Shown here: positions 56,483-64,000 of the stretch, one piece after another | Numbering within the stretch: position 1 is the first letter of the stretch | Layout: each line of letters begins with the position of its first letter | Assembly: GCA_039621445.1 (NCBI GenBank) | Contig: CP154954.1 | Location: 6,893,425-6,957,424, forward strand | Source: Euglena gracilis | Taxonomy: Eukaryota | Reading direction: 5' to 3' | Length of the DNA: 64,000 nucleotides | Program-made: the position numbers and the translations under genes | Notes under the pieces: model-generated | The model's database searches: none | What the model was told of the DNA's origin: nothing | Seen by the model: only the letters and a program-made list of their open reading frames with translations

Positions 56483-58537
56483 TTTAGTGCCATACACCAT
56501 ACATTTATGCTACGTGCTATGTGCCAATTGGCTGTGGTTGTATTTTTGGCATTTTGCATAAGGCATTTGTGTGTCAGAAGACTTGCACAGCAAAGGGGAG
56601 TTCACAGGGCACACTATATTCAAGGTTTTTGCTGTGTATTTTTCACATTTCACATTCATGCACGAGGATCTTAAACAAGATCCCCGACCGTGACCCTCCT
56701 GGGACAACCCCAAATATGAACTCCGCTTGTGAGAACAATTCAAAAATGTAGAGCCCCTTGTTTACCAAATTTAAATGCCAGACAGAAATAGATTTTGAAA
56801 AGTATCATTGTCTGGAGCATAGATTCATTTAACAGCTGTGTGAGCCCTCCCCCGAGGGGCTTTTCGAGAGTGGATGGGTGGGTTGGGCCCCGGGACTACC
56901 CCCGTGGGGTGCACCATGGGTCAGGTTTTTGCCCGACCAAAAGGCTGGGCCAGTAAGTGTTTTTAGCGTTTTTGGCTGTATTTGGCTGGATTTGAGTGGA
57001 TGGGTGGTTGACCCTCTTGGGGGAGGGGGGGGATTGTGGGTGGGTGGGTTTGGGCCCGGGAAAAAGTACCCCCACCCGGGGAGTCACTGAGTGAATTTAT
57101 GTTCTGAGGCGAAGGCAAAAGGCAACCTTTTCTGGCAAAATAAATTGTTCAGCTTGAGCCTGTGCCATCCAGGGGGGGGCATGCAGATCATCCAAGGGGA
57201 AGGGCCCTATAGTTCCACCCAGAAAGAATTCGGAAAGTTGGGGTTATCTCAGGGGAATAGGGTTAGAGTTAAGGCCAGTCTTCCGGCAATATCTCACTTT
57301 TTTGAAAATTTTGAAATGGGGTGGAGTTTGGTGGAACCGCTTTCGGTCAAAGTTAGGCTGAATTTGGGCCTAATTTCTCCCTTACAAATTACCCCCCCCC
57401 CCTAGTCCCCTAGTCGTACGACCACCCCTCATTTATGACCACCCCCCGGTCACAGATTGCAGGTTATGGGGGTGTTACAACCACCCCCCCCCCCCCGGTC
57501 ACAGGTTGCAGGAACCCGGTCGTACGACAAGGGGGGGGGGGGCGGGTATAATAATATGAAATTTGGGGAGGTTATTGTTGATTGCTGCCCCTCAATTGTT
57601 TGCCGTGTCAAGCTGAAACTTGCCTTTGTCCCACAATATCAAACCATGGTTTCAGCCCTCCCAGGGAGTTCTCGCACACTCTCCGGGGAGTAGCCCCTTC
57701 TCCAGTTGCGACTTTTTATTTTATTTTTGCACGTGCGGCAGTTGGGTGGGAGGTATTTCAAGAGTCCCTTTTTTAAGTTTGTTTTTTTTGTTTTTTTTCT
57801 TTTGAACACACTGCAGGGAATCAGTCTGGTCTGATACGTTCTATTTGTTTTCAGTTTGGTATGAACGTTCTCAGATGCTGAAAGCCTTCAAATGCAATTC
57901 CAGTGCCATCTTACACTAAACTCATTTGGCTGTCGTGTCGGCGAGAAGAAAGTTCACAAACATCTTCTGTGGGGGGGTGACAGATTGGGCAGCACGGAGG
58001 GGGGTGACAATTTCCCGGGGTGACATATTGGCCGGCACAGCTAGGGGTGACAATTGCCCGGGGGCGGCAATTGCCCGGTGGCGTCAATTTCCCGGGGGGG
58101 GGGGGTAATGAATGTTCTCAGATATCCCCCTGGGTTGGTAGATTGAGTGCTTAGACCGCCTCCTCCCAGGGTTGGACTCAAAAATTCTTGGTACGGCCCG
58201 CCACGCAAGTGATCAGGCTGACCGTTGGCAGTCTATTTGTGTTTGCAGTGAAGATGGTTCGTCTCTGTTCTCGCCTCTATGCTTGCGTCTGGGTCCTGCG
58301 ATGCGATCTGAAACGCAGCCGACCCATACAGCGTTAAAATCAACTGATTGGGATTTCTTGCTGGCCAGACCAGTCAATCTGGAAGGCAGGTCCTGATCTG
58401 AGGAGAACCCCCAGGGGAGGGTTTCGTTCAAGTCAAGGTGTCCATGGTTTGGGGTCACGGTGTGTCCCTCTTTTGCTTGATCAGAGAGAGAGTCAGGACT
58501 CCCCCATGCGTAGGGGTTCCGGACCAGGGGGGTCCCT

Positions 58538-58937
58538 CAGGGTTCGATATAAGGAGGGCGTACATGGTTTATGTGGGGGGGTGTCCCCCCCACCCCCCCC
58601 CCCTCCTGGCCCGCAGGGGGGGTCCGGATCTGGACCGACCCTCGGGGGGTACCCGGGACCCCCCCCAAAAAAGGGTCAATTTTTTCCTCCGGCGCTTCGC
58701 GCCGAAAATTTTTTGCATTTTTGGCCAATTTTTGCCCAAAAAGTGCCCAAAATGGCACTTTTGGTCGTTTTGGGGGGTCAAAATTTTTCGGCCCGGCGCT
58801 TCGCGCCATGCCGAAAATCAGTCACCCTGACCGCGCCACTGTTTAGGTGGGGGGAGTGTCCCCTCCCCCCCCCCCCCCTCCTTGCCCGCAGGGGGGTCCG
58901 GACCACCCCCCCCCTCCTCTCCTTATATCGAACCCTG
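58538..58937. mobile_element. hAT-type MITE, family C
   Basis: Perfect 17-bp TIR cagggttcgatataagg / ccttatatcgaaccctg; perfect 8-bp TSD gggtccct. Confidence 0.9.
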
Positions 58938-59761
58938 GGGTCCCTTCTTTCTCCTCCACGACGACCGCCCCTTGAACACCACCCTAAGCAGCCAACAGCC
59001 GGTCCAGGGGTCGAACTCGAAAGACAAGATGTTGAAAATATATCTTTTGACGTCTGGGTGGATGGGCGATGGTCCAAGGATGCCAGATGTGACTTCTTCC
59101 CCGAAGTCGACCCATTTTTGTTGAAATTTATATGACCCTTTTTTCGGTGAACTTTCCCTTGAATGTGCTTAGAGTTGTTTTTTTTTATACTCCTGGGGTT
59201 GGGTGTGGCATTTGTCAGTCCAGCTCGGCTGAAGGCCTTTGGTGTGATTCTGGGTGGTTTTGGGTGGGTGGGTGGGTGGGTGGGGGTAGAGCCCCCAGGG
59301 GGTTTTGGGTGGGTGGGTTTTTGAAGAAAAAAAGTTGGGTGGTGGGTTTTTGGCCCAGGAAAAGGGGCCAAAAACCCTTTTTGGCCCGAGGTCATTAAAT
59401 GAATCTCTCATCTTAACCTCAAAATACTCCTATTGTGGTCCGTAATGGATGGGATTAGGGTTATTGCCACAATTACAGTCTTTATTTATTGTGACAGAAC
59501 TGCAAATTTCGAGGAAACACGTTGTTTTATATCAATTTTGCAGGTTTTCAAATTTGTGTGTTTCTTATGCCCTCATTTTGAAATCTAAAAATGTCTTTCC
59601 CCCATAAAACATTTTCTGAATGAACAGTGAGTTGAAGCGTAACAAAATAGCAGGATCAAAGTTTCATTTTAACGGTCGGATTCATTCATTTTTCGCCATG
59701 CACAAACAAACACAGCTTCCATAATTTGTCTCCTTTCTCCCAGGATCCGTATCCCCCCTCA

Positions 59762-60681
59762 ATGTCCATCCCCATCCCAAAAGATTTCGGCTACGTGTTG
59801 CTGGTGATTGGATTGTCATGGTTCCTGGGGATGCCACTTCTTGAGTTTGTTTAGAAAAAACTCTCCTAGCGCTTCTTTTTGTGCAAACAAGAAAAGGTTC
59901 GATATAAAGATCTCCATCCTTGACCAAGGTGTCCAGACCACCCCCACTCGCCTGTCACTGTCTTGTCAGGGTTTTTTTTTTTTTAACTCAGAAGACCCCT
60001 CCCCCACCCAGCGGGGGTAGGTGGGTCCAGAACCGGACCCCATAGAGGGGGGGTGCTCGCATTTGCAACTGTCCAAAGATGGGTCATGCGACTATTTAGG
60101 TGGGGGGCGTCTCCATATCCCCCTATTCCTTGGGTCCGAATTCCAAAGGGTCCGGAATTTTCCCTACCTGCCATGTTCTGCGCTGCTGGCTTTGTATCAA
60201 AAACATTTTGATCGTCTAAGAAACAGATGTCCCCTGGACTAACAAATGTTCATGCATGCACGCACATAAACACACACATGCGTGCATCCTGTGTGGACGG
60301 CTCATTTGTAACAAGTTTGTTCATTTTTAGGAGTCTGCAAAAAACATTGAAGCCTTTTTGCCCCTGCTTTTTATTTTGATACTGAACGAATTTGGGGCAT
60401 TTTGTTTCAAAAGTGCCAGCATGGATGAAGATTTGCAAACATTTAGGTCTAAATTAAATATGCACTGAAGTGTGAGCGCCCCCCTCCCTCGTGTGGGAAG
60501 AAGTTGCATCATATCCTGAATATCTACCTTATGGCCCTTGTGGTCAGAGCACGCAAGCAGTACAAGGTGCCGTACCCAACGCTTTACGCTGCCCACGAAC
60601 GAGCATCAGCGATGTTGGAAAACGTTTCATGTTTTGCCACTCCCCACCCACATGCTATCATGACAGCGCATCAACGCTCTC

Positions 60682-60735
<54 letters not shown>

Positions 60736-60829
60736 GTATATGTATATGTAGTTGTGTATATGTTATGTATATGTATGTGTGTATGTATATGTATATGTGT
60801 ATGCATCTGTATATGTGTACGTATATGTT

Positions 60830-60864
<35 letters not shown>

Positions 60865-60981
60865 GTATGTATATGTATATGTATATGTACATGCATATGT
60901 ATAGGTATTGGTATAGGTATAGGTATATGTATATATGTATGTGTGTATATGTATATGTATATATATATATGTGTGTATATG

Positions 60982-61033
<52 letters not shown>

Positions 61034-63836
61034 CATACACACACATGTGTGTGTATATGTACATATATACGTATATGTGTATGTATATGTACATATAGAT
61101 ACATATATACATATATATGTATGTGTGTGTGTGTGTATATACGTACATATATGTACACATGTGCCATATATTTATACATACATATATATACATATATATA
61201 TATACATATATATGTATACATTTCCCCCATTTAAAGTTTTGGAGATTTTTCAAAAGGTTTTGTAAAAAGCAGGACAAAAATAAATTGATAAATCTGTCCA
61301 AGTGGCGGAGATATTTCACCCAGCAGCTACCATAGTCTGCAAACCAAAATGCAAGCATGGGACAGGCCTGAAACTGCACTATTATTGAGGTTTCTGTTTT
61401 TAGTTAGGAAAGAGAGGGGTGAAACACAGATGCTAGTGGAACGTTTGAGCAGTCATCAGAGGTCAAAGAACAGAAATTTCTCCCAATAAAGGATCTCTGA
61501 AGGTGATTTGATGGGTTGTGCGAACTCGTGCCGGTGACAAGGACCACAAGGACCATGACAAGTTCAATTCCGTGCAGCGGGCACATCAAAATCAGGGCAA
61601 ACTCGAAGTTCCAGTTCGATTTTTTTTGTGTATTGGTCATCAGCTCGCCTTTTGATTTCTCGTTCAGTGATCAGCACAGCATGAGAGGTTGAGTGTCAAG
61701 AATTCAAATTGAGTTGAAATTGAGTCAGTTTGATGGTTAGGGAGAGGGTTTATTCCTGCTCATATTTCAAAGAGCCATATTAAAGTCACGTGATAGCGCC
61801 AGGTGAAAGTGTCTGAAGAAGAAAACATGCCCACAAAGAAAATAATAATTAAATGTGTTGAGACGTTGAAGGCAACTTTTGTTACTGAACCAATCAGTTG
61901 GGACAGGTGTCAGCATTTAGTTCTTTTTTTTGGTGGGTTTTGTTCTACAGGAGGGACAGAGATAGGTCGGCTTGTGATTTGTGGCCTCACTCCCCAAGGA
62001 GGGAAAGGGGGGGTCCGACCCCCCCCCTGGACGGGACAGAGTCCGTAGCACACGCTCCTTGCCTGACGGGTGGGATCTGGGGCATACCATTGCTTAAGGT
62101 GTGTCCGACCCCCCCCCCCCGGGGTGACTGGAGTGACTGACTGGTTTTTGGCTCCAGACCTCCCCAGGGTTAGGGTCGGCCAGGAATGGCAGGAAGGGCA
62201 GGAAAGGCAAAGGTGGCTTGGCCTTCAGCGCAGGCAACCCGGCACCGAAGGCCACTTTGTTTTGAATTTTTGGCCAAAATCCATTGAGTTTAGGCCATTT
62301 GGCCCGAGTGGCCAAAGTGACCGGCCTCCCGGGGGTTTTTTTTGAATAGTGAATGACTGGTTTTTTTTGAAATTGGAAAGTAACCCCGGTCGGTAAGCAA
62401 TGGTGTGGGGAAAGTCTTGATTCTGGAAACTCCTCCCCTGAATTGGTCCTGGAAACTCCACCCGTGGGGGTTCTTTCCCTGGCGCTTTGTGCTGCGCCTT
62501 CATATCTACATTTTCATATGTTTTTGTCATTTTGTTGGGGAACTCACCTGAAAACACAATTCAAGGAAATGAAAACTTACACACAGCTGTTTACCTGTTG
62601 AATATTTTCTTATCCGTTGAAAAATACTGATTTTAATCAAATTTGATAAAGATAAAGCCGAACCCCAAATATTTTTGGGGGTTTGTTTTGGGTCCGTTGT
62701 GTGAAACTTTCGGTGTGGTTTTTTTTTGCGTCGCTAAGCCTGAAATTCCATCATTTTTTGGGTTAACCGTTTTTTTTTTCCCTGGAATTGGTCCATGCTT
62801 CGTGTCATGTTAAGATGAAGATTTGATTTCTTTTGGGAAGTCATCTCGGTCATCTCGGTCGCGAAAATTCGCGGATTCAAGAATTTGCGTTGTTTTTCAG
62901 CACGCTATTGGGATATTGCGTGGTTTCATGGGAGAAGTTTTTCACCATTCAGATTTTTTGCATCTCGTGCGCAGATAATCCCCTTTGATCGTTGATGTTT
63001 GATGTTTTTTTGTGTGTTGGATGTCTCGTTACTTTTGCAGAGTTTTCAACCAATCCAAACCCCGATTTTGTGCTTCTGTGAATTAAACCCCCCTATTTGT
63101 AAACCCCCCACTTAACCCCCCCCCCTCTGGCCGACCAACCAAACCTTGCATTTTAAACCCCATGCTGGGGAAGAAAAAGTAAAACCACCGGGAATTTGTT
63201 TTCAGCCACAATCCACCCAAAAACTGGCTTTTTGGCAACTTTTTGAGACCGACCATCATCAATAAACAGCCATTTTTTGACCAAATTTGCCAAAAAAAAT
63301 TGCCCATTTCGGGCGTTTTGTGGTTATTTTGGGCCATCATTGAATTGTTGATTTATAAACCCCAGATGTTTTGAGTTGGCATGTTGCGTTATGGCACAAA
63401 ATTTTATTTTATTAATGCTGGTGGCTTCTAAGGCAAGAGCAGCGTCCATAAAACCGAGGTGTTCTGCAAACCTGCACCCCCCATTGTCTGAAAAAGTGTA
63501 TGGCGGTGTTTGCCCCTGTGAATGCTGTTCCCTAACCCTAACCCTTTTCTTTACCCTAACCCTAATTTTAATCCTCACCGGTGTTTAAATTTTGGCAATA
63601 TGCTAATCTATTGATCACTCGGACGAACAATTTTTGAATTGTCAAGGTTTTGAGTATCTTTCAGTGCTCGGTCTCAGCTGCCCCAATTGTTCCCGCAGCA
63701 TCACATGTTGAAACGTCCTGGGTGTATGTGCTGACATGCTCACCCCCCCCCAGCCCCAGGCTGCCTTGGGAGCAACACCCTGGAGTCTTGGGCGCCCATT
63801 CAAATTCTCATGGTGGTGGACGGCTTGCTGTTCCCC
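59762..63836 (+). CDS. MGST3: MAPEG/MGST3-like copy 2 (tandem paralog; last exon beyond the window)
   Basis: Exons 59762-59826 ([22 protein letters not shown]), 60518-60590 ([24 protein letters not shown]), 61536-61589 ([18 protein letters not shown]), 63774-63836 ([21 protein letters not shown]). Exon lengths 65+73=138, 54 and 63 nt match copy 1 exactly. Confidence 0.92.
60681..61220. repeat. (TA)/(TG)/(TATATG)n low-complexity satellite in an MGST3 copy 2 intron
   Basis: Directly visible; a similar block lies at ~22738-22910. Confidence 0.95.
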
Positions 63837-64000
63837 AGCGAGGCTTCAGTGACATGATACAACCCAGATGTGTCTGCCCGCTGATGTTTGACGGTGGTGC
63901 AATTTGTGAGGAAATTCACAAGTGTACCCCCAGGTGTGTTTTTATATTTCCCTCCTGCCAAGAGGTTAGGGTTTTTTGCCCAAACCCTCACCTCAATATT

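Noticed and set aside
60627-61379. Long ORFs of YMYM/HIHI/YTYT repeats (also near 22600-22980)
   Set aside because: Translations of TA/TG satellites inside introns.

Overview
Eukaryotic, intron-rich genomic DNA, most likely from a euglenid (Euglena-like). Many introns lack GT-AG and instead have base-paired ends (CAG at +4..+6 pairing with CTG at -8..-6), mixed with ordinary GT-AG introns. Five + strand genes were reconstructed by hand: the 3' part of a TRPV-like channel, a membrane-anchored histidine phosphatase (PGAM superfamily), a GRAM+VASt lipid-transfer protein, and two tandem MAPEG/MGST3-like paralogs (the second runs off the window). Introns are packed with MITEs (8-bp, 7-bp and TA target-site duplications), Tc1 remnants and microsatellites. 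Main finding: inside a 7-kb nonconventional intron, on the minus strand, two 348-bp direct repeats 892 nt apart each carry a type III hammerhead-like fold with a variant core (UCGACAA) and 10-bp loop-loop complementarity, i.e. a retrozyme-like architecture. It lies downstream of an ORF with a 2A-like motif and articulin-like VPV repeats. Also notable: covarying intron-end stems, an intron present in only one MGST3 paralog, and a match between intron geometry and local CAG..CTG/8-bp-TSD MITEs. All exon models are manual and unverified by transcripts.
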